From Eledone cirrhosa (taxonomy: Eukaryota), in the NCBI GenBank assembly GCA_964016885.1, contig OZ024743.1:129332001-129396000 (forward strand): DNA of 64,000 nucleotides, in the 5' to 3' direction. The notes beneath the pieces are model-generated. The model had not been told where the DNA came from, searched no databases, and saw nothing but the letters and a program-made list of their open reading frames with translations. Positions 1-15,900 of the stretch are shown in pieces (position 1 is the first letter of the stretch; each line of letters begins with the position of its first letter). The position numbers and the translations under genes were made by a program.

Positions 1-3000
1 ACACCAAGCACCAAGCACCAAACACCAAGCACCAAGCACCAAACACCAAGCACCAAGCACCAAGCACCAAACACCAAGCACCAAAGACCAAGCACCAAGC
101 ACCAAACACCAAGCACCCAGCACCAAACCCCAAGCACCCAGCACCAAACACCAAGCACCAAACACCAACCACCCAGCACCAAGCACCAAACACCAAGCAC
201 CAAGCACCAAACACCAAGCACCCAGCACCAAACACCAAGCACCCAGCACCAAACACCAAGCACCAAACACCAACCACCCAGCACCAAGCACCAAACACCA
301 AGCACCAAGCACCAAACACAAAACACCAAGCACCAAGCACCAAGCACCAAACACCAAGCACCAACCACCAAGCACCAAACACAAAACACCAAGCACCAAG
401 CACCAAGCATCAAACACCAAGCAGCAAACACCAAACACCAAGCACCAAGCACCAAGCACCAAGCACCAAACACAATGCACCCAGCACCAAACACCAAGGA
501 CCAAGCACCAAGCACCCAGCACCAAACACGAAACACGAAACACCAAGCACCAAGCACCAAACACCAAACTCCAAGCACCAAGCACCAAACACCAAACACC
601 AAGCACCAGGCACCAAACACCAAGCACCAAGCACCAAACACCAAGCACCAAGCACCAAACACCAAACACCAAACACCAAACAGCAAACAACATACATCAA
701 ACACCAAACACCAAAAAGCAAACACCAAACACCAAACAGCAAACACCAAACAACAAACACCAAACAACAAACACCAAACAGCAAACAGCAAACACCAAAC
801 ACCAAGCACCAAGCACCAAACACCAAACACCAAACACCAAGCACCAGGCACCAAACACCAAGCACCAAGCACCAAACACCAAGCACCTAGCACCAAACAC
901 CAAGCACCAAACACCAAGTACAAACACCAAGCACCAAACACCAAACACCAAGCACCAAACACCAAGCACCAATCACCAAGCACCAAACACCAAGCAGCCA
1001 GCAACAAGCACCAAACACCAAGCACCAAGCACCAAAAACCAGACACCAAGCACCAAGCACCAAACACCTAACACCAAGCACCAAGCACCAACCACCAAAC
1101 ACCAAGCACCAAGCACCAAGCACCAAGCACCAAACACCAAGCACCAAGCACCAAACACCAAGCACCAAGCACCAAGCATCAAACACCAAGCACCAAACAC
1201 CAAACACCAAGCACCAAGCACCAAGCATCAAACACCAAGCATATAACACCAAACACCAAGCACCAAGCACCCAGCACCAAACACCAAGCACCAAGCACCA
1301 AGCAAAAAGCACCAAACACCAAGCACCAAACACCAAACACCAAGCACCAAACACCAAACACCAAGCACCAAGCACCAAACACCTAACACCAAGCACCAAA
1401 CACCAAGCACCAAACAACAACCACCAAACACCAAGCACCAAGCACCAAGCACCAAGCACCAAACACCAAGCACCAAACACCAAGCACCAAACACCTAACA
1501 CCAAGCACCAAGCACCAAGTACCAAGCACCAAATACCAAGCACCAAACACCAAACACCAAGCACCAAACACCAAACACCAAGCACCAAGCACCAAACACC
1601 TAACACCAAGCACCAAACACCAACCACCAAACACCAAGCACCAAGGACCAAGCACCAAGCACCAAGCACCAAACACCAAGCACCAAGCACCAAGCACCAA
1701 GTACAAACACCAAGCACCAAGAACCAAACACCAAGCACCAAGCATCAAACACCAAACACCAAACACCAAGCACCAAGCACCAAGCATCAAACACCAAGCA
1801 TATAACACCAAACACCAAGCACCAAGCACCAAATACCAAGAACCAAGCACCAAGCACCAAGTACAAACACCAATCACCAAGCACCAAACACCAAACACCA
1901 AGCACCAAACACCAAGCACCAATCACCAAGCACCAAACACCAAGCAGCCAGCAGCAAGCACCAAACACCAAACACCAAGCACCAAGCACCAAAAACCAGA
2001 CACCAAGCACCAAGCACCAAACACCTAACACCAAGCACCAAGCACCAAGTACCAAGCACCAAACACCAAGCACCAAACACCAAACACCAAGCACCAAACA
2101 CCAAACACCAAGCACCAAGCACCAAACACCTAACACCAAGCACCAAGCACCAACCACCAAACACCAAGCACCAAGCACCAAGCACCAAGCACCAAACACC
2201 AAGCACCAAACACCAAGCACCAAACACCAAGCACCAAGCATCAAACACCAAGCACCAAGCACCAAACACCAAGCACCAAGCACCAAGCATCAAACACCAA
2301 ACACGAAGCACCAAACACCAAGCACCAATCACCATGCATCAAACACCAAGCAGCCAGCAGCAAGCACCAAACACCAAACACCAAGCACCAAGCACCAAAA
2401 ACCAAACACCAAGCACCAAGCACCAAACACCAAGCACCAAGCACCAAACACCAAGCACCAAGCACCAAGCACCAAACACCAAGCACCAAAGACCAAGCAC
2501 CAAGCACCAAACACCAAGCACCCAGCACCAAACACCAAGCACCCAGCACCAAACACCAAGCACCAAACACCAACCACCCAGCACCAAGCACCAAACACCA
2601 AGCACCAAACACCAAACACCAAGCACCAAGCACCAAGCACCAAACACCAAACACCAAGCACCAAACACCAAACACCAAGCACCAAGCACCAAACACCAAA
2701 CACCAAGCACCAAGCACCAAACACCAAGCACCAAAGACCAAACACCAAACAGCAAACACCAAACACCATACAGCAAACACTGAACACCAAAAAGCAGACA
2801 CCAAACAGCAAACACCAAACACCAAACACCAAACACCAAACAGCAAACACCAAACACCAAGCACCAAACACCAAAGACCAAGCACCAAACACCTAACACC
2901 AAGCACCAAGCACCAAGCACCAAACACCAAGCACCAAACACCAAACATCAAGCACGAAGCACCAAGTACCAAACACCAAGAACCAAGAACCAAACACCAA

Positions 3001-5333
3001 GCACCAAGCACCAAGTAAAAACACCAAGTACCAAGCACCAAGCACCATACACCAAGAATCAAGCACCAAACACAAAACACCAAGCACCAAGCACCAAGCA
3101 TCAAACACCAAGCAGCAAACACCAAACACCAAGCACCAAGCACCAAACACAAAGCACCCAGCACCAAACACCAAGGACCAAGCACCAAGCACCAAAAACC
3201 AAACACCAAACACAAAACACAAAGCACCAAGCACCAAACACCAAACTCCAAGCACCAAGCACCAAGCACCAAACACCAAACACCAAGCACCAAGCACCAG
3301 GCACCAAACACCAAGCACCAAGCACCAAACACCAAGCACCAAGCACCAAACAGCAAACGCCAAACACCAAACACCAAGAACCAAGAACCAAACACCAAGC
3401 ACCAAGTACAAACACCAAGCACCAAGCACCAAGCACCAAACACCAAGCACCAAGCACCAAACACAAAACACCAAACACCAAGCACCAAGTACAAACACCA
3501 AGCAGCAAACACCAAACACCAAGCACCAAGCACCAAGCACCAAGCACCAAACACAATGCACCCAGCACCAAACACCAAGGACCAAGCACCAAGCACCAAG
3601 CACCAAACACGAAACACGAAACACCAAGCACCAAGCACCAAACACCAAACTCCAAGCACCAAGCACCAAACACCAAACACCAAGCACCAGGCACCAAACA
3701 CCAAGCACCAAGCACCAAACACCAAGCACCAAGCACCAAACACCAAACACCAAACACCAAACAGCAAACAACATACATCAAACACCAAACACCAAAAAGC
3801 AAACACCAAACACCAAACAGCAAACACCAAACAACAAACACCAAACAACAAACACCAAACAGCAAACAGCAAACACCAAACACCAAGCACCAAGCACCAA
3901 ACACCAAACACCAAACACCAAGCACCAGGCACCAAACACCAAGCACCAAGCACCAAACACCAAGCACCTAGCACCAAACACCAAGCACCTAACACCAAGT
4001 ACAAACACCAAGCACCAAACACCAAACACCAAGCACCAAACACCAAGCACCAAACACCAAACACCAAGCACCAAGCACCAAGCATCAAACACCAAGCATA
4101 TAACACCAAACAGCAAGCACCAAGCACCCAGCACCAAACACCAAGCACCAAGCACCAAGCAAAAAGCACCAAACACCAAGCACCAAACACCAAACACCAA
4201 GCACCAAACACCAAACACCAAGCACCAAGCACCAAACACCTAACACCAAGCACCAAACACCAAGCACCAAACACCAACCACCAAACACCAAGCACCAAGC
4301 ACCAAGCACCAAGCACCAAACACCAAGCACCAAACACCAAGCACCAAACACCTAACACCAAGCACCAAGCACCAAGTACCAAGCACCAAATACCAAGCAC
4401 CAAACACCAAACACCAAGCACCAAACACCAAACACCAAGCACCAAGCACCAAACACCTAACACCAAGCACCAAACACCAACCACCAAACACCAAGCACCA
4501 AGGACCAAGCACCAAGCACCAAGCACCAAACACCAAGCACCAAGCACCAAGCACCAAGTACAAACACCAAGCACCAAGCACCAAACACCAAGCACCAAGC
4601 ATCAAACACCAAACACCAAACACCAAGCACCAAGCACCAAGCATCAAACACCAAGCATATAACACCAAACACCAAGCACCAAGCACCAAATACCAAGAAC
4701 CAAGCACCAAGCACCAAGTACAAACACCAATCACCAAGCACCAAACACCAAACACCAAGCACCAAACACCAAGCACCAATCACCAAGCACCAAACACCAA
4801 GCAGCCAGCAGCAAGCACCAAACACCAAACACCAAGCACCAAGCACCAAAAACCAGACACCAAGCACCAAGCACCAAACACCTAACACCAAGCACCAAGC
4901 ACCAAGTACCAAGCACCAAACACCAAGCACCAAACACCAAACACCAAGCACCAAACACCAAACACCAAGCACCAAGCACCAAACACCAAGCACCAAGCAC
5001 CAAGCACCAAACACCAAGCACCAAAGACCAAGCACCAAGCACCAAACACCAAGCACCCAGCACCAAACACCAAGCACCCAGCACCAAACACCAAGCACCA
5101 AACACCAACCACCCAGCACCAAACACCAAACACCAAGCACCAAGCACCAAACACCAAGCACCCAGCACCAAACACCAAGCACCCAGCACCAAACACCAAG
5201 CACCAAACACCAACCACCCAGCACCAAGCACCAAACACCAAGCACCAAGCACCAAACACAAAACACCAAGCACCAAGCACCAAGCACCAAACACCAAGCA
5301 CCAACCACCAAGCACCAAACACAAAACACCAAG

Positions 5334-5740
5334 CACAATGCACCCAGCACCAAACACCAAGGACCAAGCACCAAGCACCAAGCACCAAACACGAAACACG
5401 AAACACCAAGCACCAAGCACCAAACACCAAACTCCAAGCACCAAGCACCAAACACCAAACACCAAGCACCAGGCACCAAACACCAAGCACCAAGCACCAA
5501 ACACCAAGCACCAAGCACCAAGCACCAAGCACCAAACACAATGCACCCAGCACCAAACACCAAGGACCAAGCACCAAGCACCAAGCACCAAACACGAAAC
5601 ACGAAACACCAAGCACCAAGCACCAAACACCAAACTCCAAGCACCAAGCACCAAACACCAAACACCAAGCACCAGGCACCAAACACCAAGCACCAAGCAC
5701 CAAACACCAAGCACCAAGCACCAAACACCAAACACCAAAC
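5334..5740. repeat. Local 203-bp (29-monomer) tandem duplication
   Basis: CACAATG-CACCCAG...CACGAAA-CACGAAA block at 5334 and 5537; ORF starts at 5338 and 5541. Confidence 0.85.
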
Positions 5741-7389
5741 ACCAAACAGCAAACAACATACATCAAACACCAAACACCAAAAAGCAAACACCAAACACCA
5801 AACAGCAAACACCAAACAACAAACACCAAACAACAAACACCAAACAGCAAACAGCAAACAGCAAACACCAAACACCAAGCACCAAGCACCAAACACCAAA
5901 CACCAAACACCAAGCACCAGGCACCAAACACCAAGCACCAAGCACCAAACACCAAGCACCTAGCACCAAACACCAAGCACCAAACACCAAGTACAAACAC
6001 CAAGCACCAAACACCAAACACCAAGCACCAAACACCAAGCACCAATCACCAAGCACCAAACACCAAGCAGCCAGCAACAAGCACCAAACACCAAGCACCA
6101 AGCACCAAAAACCAGACACCAAGCACCAAGCACCAAACACCTAACACCAAGCACCAAGCACCAACCACCAAACACCAAGCACCAAGCACCAAGCACCAAG
6201 CACCAAACACCAAGCACCAAACACCAAGCACCAAACACCAAGCACCAAGCACCAAACACCAAGCACCAAGCACCAAACACCAAGCACCAAGCACCAAGCA
6301 TCAAACACCAAGCACCAAACACCAAACACCAAGCACCAAGCACCAAGCATCAAACACCAAGCATATAACACCAAACACCAAGCACCAAGCACCCAGCACC
6401 AAACACCAAGCACCAAGCACCAAGCAAAAAGCACCAAACACCAAGCACCAAACACCAAACACCAAGCACCAAACACCAAACACCAAGCACCAAGCACCAA
6501 ACACCTAACACCAAGCACCAAACACCAAGCACCAAACACCAAGCACCAAACACCAAGCACCAAACACCTAACACCAAGCACCAAGCACCAAGTACCAAGC
6601 ACCAAATACCAAGCACCAAACACCAAACACCAAGCACCAAATACCAAACACCAAGCACCAAGCACCAAACACCTAACACCAAGCACCAAACACCAACCAC
6701 CAAACACCAAGCACCAAGGACCAAGCACCAAGCACCAAGCACCAAACACCAAGCACCAAGCACCAAGCACCAAGTACAAACACCAAGCACCAAGCACCAA
6801 ACACCAAGCACCAAGCATCAAACACCAAACACCATACACCAAGCACCAAGCACCAAGCATCAAACACCAAGCATATAACACCAAACACCAAGCACCAAGC
6901 ACCAAACACCATGAACCAAGCACCAAGCACCAAGTACAAACACCAATCACCAAGCACCAAACACCAAACACCAAGCACCAAACACCAAGCACCAATCACC
7001 AAGCACCAAACACCAAGCAGCCAGCAGCAAGCACCAAACACCAAACACCAAGCACCAAGCACCAAAAACCAGACACCAAGCACCAAGCACCAAACACCTA
7101 ACACCAAGCACCAAGCACCAGGTACCAAGCACCAAACACCAAGCACCAAACACCAAACACCAAGCACCAAACACCAAACACCAAGCACCAAGCACCAAAC
7201 ACCTAACACCAAGCACCAAGCACCAACCACCAAACACCAAGCACGAAGCACCAAGCACGAAGCACCAAACACCAAGCACCAAACACCAAGCACCAAATAC
7301 CAAGCACCAAGCACCAAACACCAAGCACCAAGCACCAAACACCAAGCACCAAGCACCAAGCATCAAACACCAAACACCAAGCACCAAAC

Positions 7390-7740
7390 ACCAAGCACCA
7401 ATCACCATGCATCAAACACCAAGCAGCCAGCAGCAAGCACCAAACACCAAACACCAAGCACCAAGCACCAAAAACCAAACACCAAGCACCAAGCACCAAA
7501 CACCAAGCACCAAGCACCAAACACCAAGCACCAAGCACCAAGCATCAAACACCAAACACCAAGCACCAAACACCAAGCACCAATCACCATGCATCAAACA
7601 CCAAGCAGCCAGCAGCAAGCACCAAACACCAAACACCAAGCACCAAGCACCAAAAACCAAACACCAAGCACCAAGCACCAAACACCAAGCACCAAGCACC
7701 AAACACCAAGCACCAAGCACCAAGCACCAAACACCAAGCA
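7390..7740. repeat. Local 182-bp (26-monomer) tandem duplication
   Basis: CACCAAT-CACCATG-CATCAAA-CACCAAG-CAGCCAG block with its ATG at 7407 and 7589. Confidence 0.85.
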
Positions 7741-9993
7741 CCAAAGACCAAGCACCAAGCACCAAACACCAAGCACCCAGCACCAAACGCCAAGCACCCG
7801 GCACCAAACACCAAGCACCAAACACCAACCACCCAGCACCAAGCACCAAATACCAAGCACCAAGCACCAAACACCAAGCACCCAGCACCAAACACCAAGC
7901 ACCCAGCACCAAACACCAAGCACCAAACACCAACCACCCAGCACCAAGCACCAAACACCAAGCACCAAGCACCAAACACAAAACACCAAGCACCAAGCAC
8001 CAAGCACCAAACACCAAGCACCAACCACCAAGCACCAAACACAAAACACCAAGCACCAAGCACCAAGCATCAAACACCAAGCAGCAAACACCAAACACCA
8101 AGCACCAAGCACCAAGCACCAAGCACCAAACACAATGCACCCAGCACCAAACACCAAGGACCAAGCACCAAGCACCCAGCACCAAACACGAAACACGAAA
8201 CACCAAGCACCAAGCACCAAACACCAAACTCCAAGCACCAAGCACCAAACACCAAACACCAAGCACCAGGCACCAAACACCAAGCACCAAGCACCAAACA
8301 CCAAGCACCAAGCACCAAACACCAAACACCAAACACCAAACAGCAAACAACATACATCAAACACCAAACACCAAAAAGCAAACACCAAACACCAAACAGC
8401 AAACACCAAACAACAAACACCAAACAACAAACACCAAACAGCAAACAGCAAACACCAAACACCAAGCACCAAGCACCAAACACCAAACACCAAACACCAA
8501 GCACCAGGCACCAAACACCAAGCACCAAGCACCAAACACCAAGCACCTAGCACCAAACACCAAGCACCAAACACCAAGTACAAACACCAAGCACCAAACA
8601 CCAAACACCAAGCACCAAACACCAAGCACCAATCACCAAGCACCAAACACCAAGCAGCCAGCAACAAGCACCAAACACCAAGCACCAAGCACCAAAAACC
8701 AGACACCAAGCACCAAGCACCAAACACCTAACACCAAGCACCAAGCACCAACCACCAAACACCAAGCACCAAGCACCAAGCACCAAGCACCAAACACCAA
8801 GCACCAAGCACCAAACACCAAGCACCAAGCACCAAGCATCAAACACCAAGCACCAAACACCAAACACCAAGCACCAAGCACCAAGCATCAAACACCAAGC
8901 ATATAACACCAAACACCAAGCACCAAGCACCCAGCACCAAACACCAAGCACCAAGCACCAAGCAAAAAGCACCAAACACCAAGCACCAAACACCAAACAC
9001 CAAGCACCAAACACCAAACACCAAGCACCAAGCACCAAACACCTAACACCAAGCACCAAACACCAAGCACCAAACACCAACCACCAAACACCAAGCACCA
9101 AGCACCAAGCACCAAGCACCAAACACCAAGCACCAAACACCAAGCACCAAACACCTAACACCAAGCACCAAGCACCAAGTACCAAGCACCAAATACCAAG
9201 CACCAAACACCAAACACCAAGCACCAAACACCAAACACCAAGCACCAAGCACCAAACACCAAACACCAAGCACCAAACACCAACCACCAAACACCAAGCA
9301 CCAAGGACCAAGCACCAAGCACCAAGCACCAAACACCAAGCACCAAGCACCAAGCACCAAGTACAAACACCAAGCACCAAGAACCAAACACCAAGCACCA
9401 AGCATCAAACACCAAACACCAAACACCAAGCACCAAGCACCAAGCATCAAACACCAAGCATATAACACCAAACACCAAGCACCAAGCACCAAATACCAAG
9501 AACCAAGCACCAAGCACCAAGTACAAACACCAATCACCAAGCACCAAACACCAAACACCAAGCACCAAACACCAAGCACCAATCACCAAGCACCAAACAC
9601 CAAGCAGCCAGCTGCAAGCACCAAACACCAAACACCAAGCACCAAGCACCAAAAACCAGACACCAAGCACCAAGCACCAAACACCTAACACCAAGCACCA
9701 AGCACCAAGTACCAAGCACCAAACACCAAGCACCAAACACCAAACACCAAGCACCAAACACCAAACACCAAGCACCAAGCACCAAACACCTAACACCAAG
9801 CACCAAGCACCAACCACCAAACACCAAGCACCAAGCACCAAGCACCAAGCACCAAACACCAAGCACCAAACACCAAGCACCAAACACCAAGCACCAAGCA
9901 TCAAACACCAAGCACCAAGCACCAAACACCAAGCACCAAGCACCAAGCATCAAACACCAAACACGAAGCACCAAACACCAAGCACCAATCACC

Positions 9994-12900
9994 ATGCATC
10001 AAACACCAAGCAGCCAGCAGCAAGCACCAAACACCAAACACCAAGCACCAAGCACCAAAAACCAAACACCAAGCACCAAGCACCAAACACCAAGCACCAA
10101 GCACCAAACACCAAGCACCAAGCACCAAGCACCAAACACCAAGCACCAAAGACCAAGCACCAAGCACCAAACACCAAGCACCCAGCACCAAACACCAAGC
10201 ACCCAGCACCAAACACCAAGCACCAAACACCAACCACCCAGCACCAAGCACCAAACACCAAGCACCAAACACCAAACACCAAGCACCAAGCACCAAGCAC
10301 CAAGCACCAGACACCAAGCACCAAACACCAAACACCAAGCACCAAGCACCAAACACCAAACACCAAACACCAAACACCAAGCATCAAAAACCAAACACCA
10401 AGCACCAGACACCAAGCACCAAACACCAAACACCAAGCACCAAACACCAAACACCAAGCACCAAGCACCAAACACCAAACACCAAGCACCAAGCACCAAA
10501 CACCAAGCACCAAAGACCAAACACCAAACAGCAAACACCAAACACCATACAGCAAACACTGAACACCAAAAAGCAGACACCAAACAGCAAACACCAAACA
10601 CCAAACACCAAACACCAAACAGCAAACACCAAACACCAAGCACCAAACACCAAAGACCAAGCACCAAACACCTAACACCAAGCACCAAGCACCAAGCACC
10701 AAACACCAAGCACCAAACACCAAACATCAAGCACGAAGCACCAAGTACCAAACACCAAGAACCAAGAACCAAACACCAAGCACCAAGCACCAAGTAAAAA
10801 CACCAAGTACCAAGCACCAAGCACCATACACCAAGAATCAAGCACCAAACACAAAACACCAAGCACCAAGCACCAAGCATCAAACACCAAGCAGCAAACA
10901 CCAAACACCAAGCACCAAGCACCAAACACAAAGCACCCAGCACCAAACACCAAGGACCAAGCACCAAGCACCAAAAACCAAACACCAAACACAAAACACA
11001 AAGCACCAAGCACCAAACACCAAACTCCAAGCACCAAGCACCAAGCACCAAACACCAAACACCAAGCACCAAGCACCAGGCACCAAACACCAAGCACCAA
11101 GCACCAAACACCAAGCACCAAGCACCAAACAGCAAACGCCAAACACCAAACACCAAGAACCAAGAACCAAACACCAAGCACCAAGTACAAACACCAAGCA
11201 CCAAGCACCAAGCACCAAACACCAAGCACCAAGCACCAAACACAAAACACCAAGCACCAAGCACCAAGCATCAAACACCAAGCAGCAAACACCAAACACC
11301 AAGCACCAAGCACCAAGTACCAAGCACCAAACACAATGCACCCAGCACCAAACACCAAGGACCAAGCACCAAGCACCAAGCACCAAACACGAAACACGAA
11401 ACACCAAGCACCAAGCACCAAACACCAAACTCCAAGCACCAAGCACCAAACACCAAACACCAAGCACCAGGCACCAAACACCAAGCACCAAGCACCAAAC
11501 ACCAAGCACCAAGCACCAAACACCAAACACCAAACACCAAACAGCAAACAACATACATCAAACACCAAACACCAAAAAGCAAACACCAAACACCAAACAG
11601 CAAACACCAAACAACAAACACCAAACAACAAACACCAAACAGCAAACAGCAAACACCAAACACCAAGCACCAAGCACCAAACACCAAACACCAAACACCA
11701 AGCACCAGGCACCAAACACCAAGCACCAAGCACCAAACACCAAGCACCTAGCACCAAACACCAAGCACCAAACACCAAGTACAAACACCAAGCACCAAAC
11801 ACCAAACACCAAGCACCAAACACCAAGCACCAAACACCAAACACCAAGCACCAAGCACCAAGCATCAAACACCAAGCATGTAACACCAAACACCAAGCAC
11901 CAAGCACCCAGCACCAAACACCAAGCACCAAGCACCAAGCAAAAAGCACCAAACACCAAGCACCAAACACCAAACACCAACCACCAAACACCAAGCACCA
12001 AGCACCAAGCACCAAGCACCAAACACCAAGCACCAAACACCAAGCACCAAACACCTAACACCAAGCACCAAGCACCAAGTACCAAGCACCAAATACCAAG
12101 CACCAAACACCAAACACCAAGCACCAAACACCAAACACCAAGCACCAAGCACCAAACACCTAACACCAAGCACCAAACACCAACCACCAAACACCAAGCA
12201 CCAAGGACCAAGCACCAAGCACCAAGCACCAAACACCAAGCACCAAGCACCAAGCACCAAGTACAAACACCAAGCACCAAGCACCAAACACCAAGCACCA
12301 AGCATCAAACACCAAACACCAAACACCAAGCACCAAGCACCAAGCATCAAACACCAAGCATATAACACCAAACACCAAGCACCAAGCACCAAATACCAAG
12401 AACCAAGCACCAAGCACCAAGTACAAACACCAATCACCAAGCACCAAACACCAAACACCAAGCACCAAACACCAAGCACCAATCACCAAGCACCAAACAC
12501 CAAGCAGCCAGCAGCAAGCACCAAACACCAAACACCAAGCACCAAGCACCAAAAACCAGACACCAAGCACCAAGCACCAAACACCTAACACCAAGCACCA
12601 AGCACCAAGTACCAAGCACCAAACACCAAACACCAAGCACCAAGCACCAAACACCTAACACCAAGCACCAAGCACCAACCACCAAACACCAAGCACCAAG
12701 CACCAAGCACCAAGCACCAAACACCAAGCACCAAACACCAAGCACCAAACACCAAGCACCAAGCATCAAACACCAAGCACCAAGCACCAAGTACAAACAC
12801 CAATCACCAAGCACCAAACACCAAACACCAAGCACCAAACACCAAGCACCAATCACCAAGCACCAAACACCAAGCAGCCAGCAGCAAGCACCAAACACCA

Positions 12901-15900
12901 AACACCAAGCACCAAGCACCAAGCACCAAACACCTAACACCAAGCACCAAACACCAAACACCAAGCACCAAACACCAAACACCAAGCACCAAGCACCAAA
13001 CACCTAACACCAAGCACCAAGCACCAACCACCAAACACCAAGCACCAAGCACCAAGCACCAAGCACCAAACACCAAGCACCAAACACCAAGCACCAAACA
13101 CCAAGCACCAAGCATCAAACACCAAGCACCAAGCACCAAACACCAAGCACCAAGCACCAAGCATCAAACACCAAACACGAAGCACCAAACACCAAGCACC
13201 AATCACCATGCATCAAACACCAAGCAGCCAGCAGCAAGCACCAAACACCAAACACCAAGCACCAAGCACCAAAAACCAAACACCAAGCACCAAGCACCAA
13301 ACACCAAGCACCAAGCACCAAACACCAAGCACCAAGCACCAAGCACCAAACACCAAGCACCAAAGACCAAGCACCAAGCACCAAACACCAAGCACCCAGC
13401 ACCAAACACCAAGCACCCAGCACCAAACACCAAGCACCAAACACCAACCACCCAGCACCAAGCACCAAACACCAAGCACCAAACACCAAACACCAAGCAC
13501 CAAGCACCAAGCACCAAGCACCAGACACCAAGCACCAAACACCAAACACCAAGCACCAAGCACCAAACACCAAACACCAAACACCAAACACCAAGCATCA
13601 AAAACCAAACACCAAGCACCAGACACCAAGCACCAAACACCAAACACCAAGCACCAAACACCAAACACCAAGCACCAAGCACCAAACACCAAACACCAAG
13701 CACCAAGCACCAAACACCAAGCACCAAAGACCAAACACCAAACAGCAAACACCAAACACCATACAGCAAACACTGAACACCAAAAAGCAGACACCAAACA
13801 GCAAACACCAAACACCAAACACCAAACACCAAACAGCAAACACCAAACACCAAGCACCAAACACCAAAGACCAAGCACCAAACACCTAACACCAAGCACC
13901 AAGCACCAAGCACCAAACACCAAGCACCAAACACCAAACATCAAGCACGAAGCACCAAGTACCAAACACCAAGAACCAAGAACCAAACACCAAGCACCAA
14001 GCACCAAGTAAAAACACCAAGTACCAAGCACCAAGCACCATACACCAAGAATCAAGCACCAAACACAAAACACCAAGCACCAAGCACCAAGCATCAAACA
14101 CCAAGCAGCAAACACCAAACACCAAGCACCAAGCACCAAACACAAAGCACCCAGCACCAAACACCAAGGACCAAGCACCAAGCACCAAAAACCAAACACC
14201 AAACACAAAACACAAAGCACCAAGCACCAAACACCAAACTCCAAGCACCAAGCACCAAGCACCAAACACCAAACACCAAGCACCAAGCACCAGGCACCAA
14301 ACACCAAGCACCAAGCACCAAACACCAAGCACCAAGCACCAAACAGCAAACGCCAAACACCAAACACCAAGAACCAAGAACCAAACACCAAGCACCAAGT
14401 ACAAACACCAAGCACCAAGCACCAAGCACCAAACACCAAGCACCAAGCACCAAACACAAAACACCAAGCACCAAGCACCAAGCATCAAACACCAAGCAGC
14501 AAACACCAAACACCAAGCACCAAGCACCAAGTACCAAGCACCAAACACAATGCACCCAGCACCAAACACCAAGGACCAAGCACCAAGCACCAAGCACCAA
14601 ACACGAAACACGAAACACCAAGCACCAAGCACCAAACACCAAACTCCAAGCACCAAGCACCAAACACCAAACACCAAGCACCAGGCACCAAACACCAAGC
14701 ACCAAGCACCAAACACCAAGCACCAAGCACCAAACACCAAACACCAAACACCAAACAGCAAACAACATACATCAAACACCAAACACCAAAAAGCAAACAC
14801 CAAACACCAAACAGCAAACACCAAACAACAAACACCAAACAACAAACACCAAACAGCAAACAGCAAACACCAAACACCAAGCACCAAGCACCAAACACCA
14901 AACACCAAACACCAAGCACCAGGCACCAAACACCAAGCACCAAGCACCAAACACCAAGCACCTAGCACCAAACACCAAGCACCAAACACCAAGTACAAAC
15001 ACCAAGCACCAAACACCAAACACCAAGCACCAAACACCAAGCACCAAACACCAAACACCAAGCACCAAGCACCAAGCATCAAACACCAAGCATGTAACAC
15101 CAAACACCAAGCACCAAGCACGCAGCACCAAACACCAAGCACCAAGCACCAAGCAAAAAGCACCAAACACCAAGCACCAAACACCAAACACCAACCACCA
15201 AACACCAAGCACCAAGCACCAAGCACCAAGCACCAAACACCAAGCACCAAACACCAAGCACCAAACACCTAACACCAAGCACCAAGCACCAAGTACCAAG
15301 CACCAAATACCAAGCACCAAACACCAAACACCAAGCACCAAACACCAAACACCAAGCACCAAGCACCAAACACCTAACACCAAGCACCAAACACCAACCA
15401 CCAAACACCAAGCACCAAGGACCAAGCACCAAGCACCAAGCACCAAACACCAAGCACCAAGCACCAAGCACCAAGTACAAACACCAAGCACCAAGCACCA
15501 AACACCAAGCACCAAGCATCAAACACCAAACACCAAACACCAAGCACCAAGCACCAAGCATCAAACACCAAGCATATAACACCAAACACCAAGCACCAAG
15601 CACCAAATACCAAGAACCAAGCACCAAGCACCAAGTACAAACACCAATCACCAAGCACCAAACACCAAACACCAAGCACCAAACTCCAAGCACCAATCAC
15701 CAAGCACCAAACACCAAGCAGCCAGCAGCAAGCACCAAGCACCAAACACCAAGCACCAAGCACCAAAAACCAGACACCAAGCACCAAGCACCAAACACCT
15801 AACACCAAGCACCAAGCACCAAGTACCAAGCACCAAACACCAAGCACCAAACACCAAACACCAAGCACCAAACACCAAACACCAAGCACCAAGCACCAAA

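Larger units (their letters stand above)
1..10300. repeat. 7660-bp higher-order duplication (1-~2640 repeated at 7661-~10300)
   Basis: Matching ORFs and markers at offset 7660: 410/8070, 887/8547, 1874/9534, 2334/9994; CACAATG at 471/8131. At least six substitutions separate the copies (e.g. CCCCAAG 128 vs CGCCAAG 7788; CAGCAAG 1952 vs CTGCAAG 9612). Similarity continues at offset 7779 (2893/10672) after a 119-bp (17-monomer) insertion. Confidence 0.92.
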
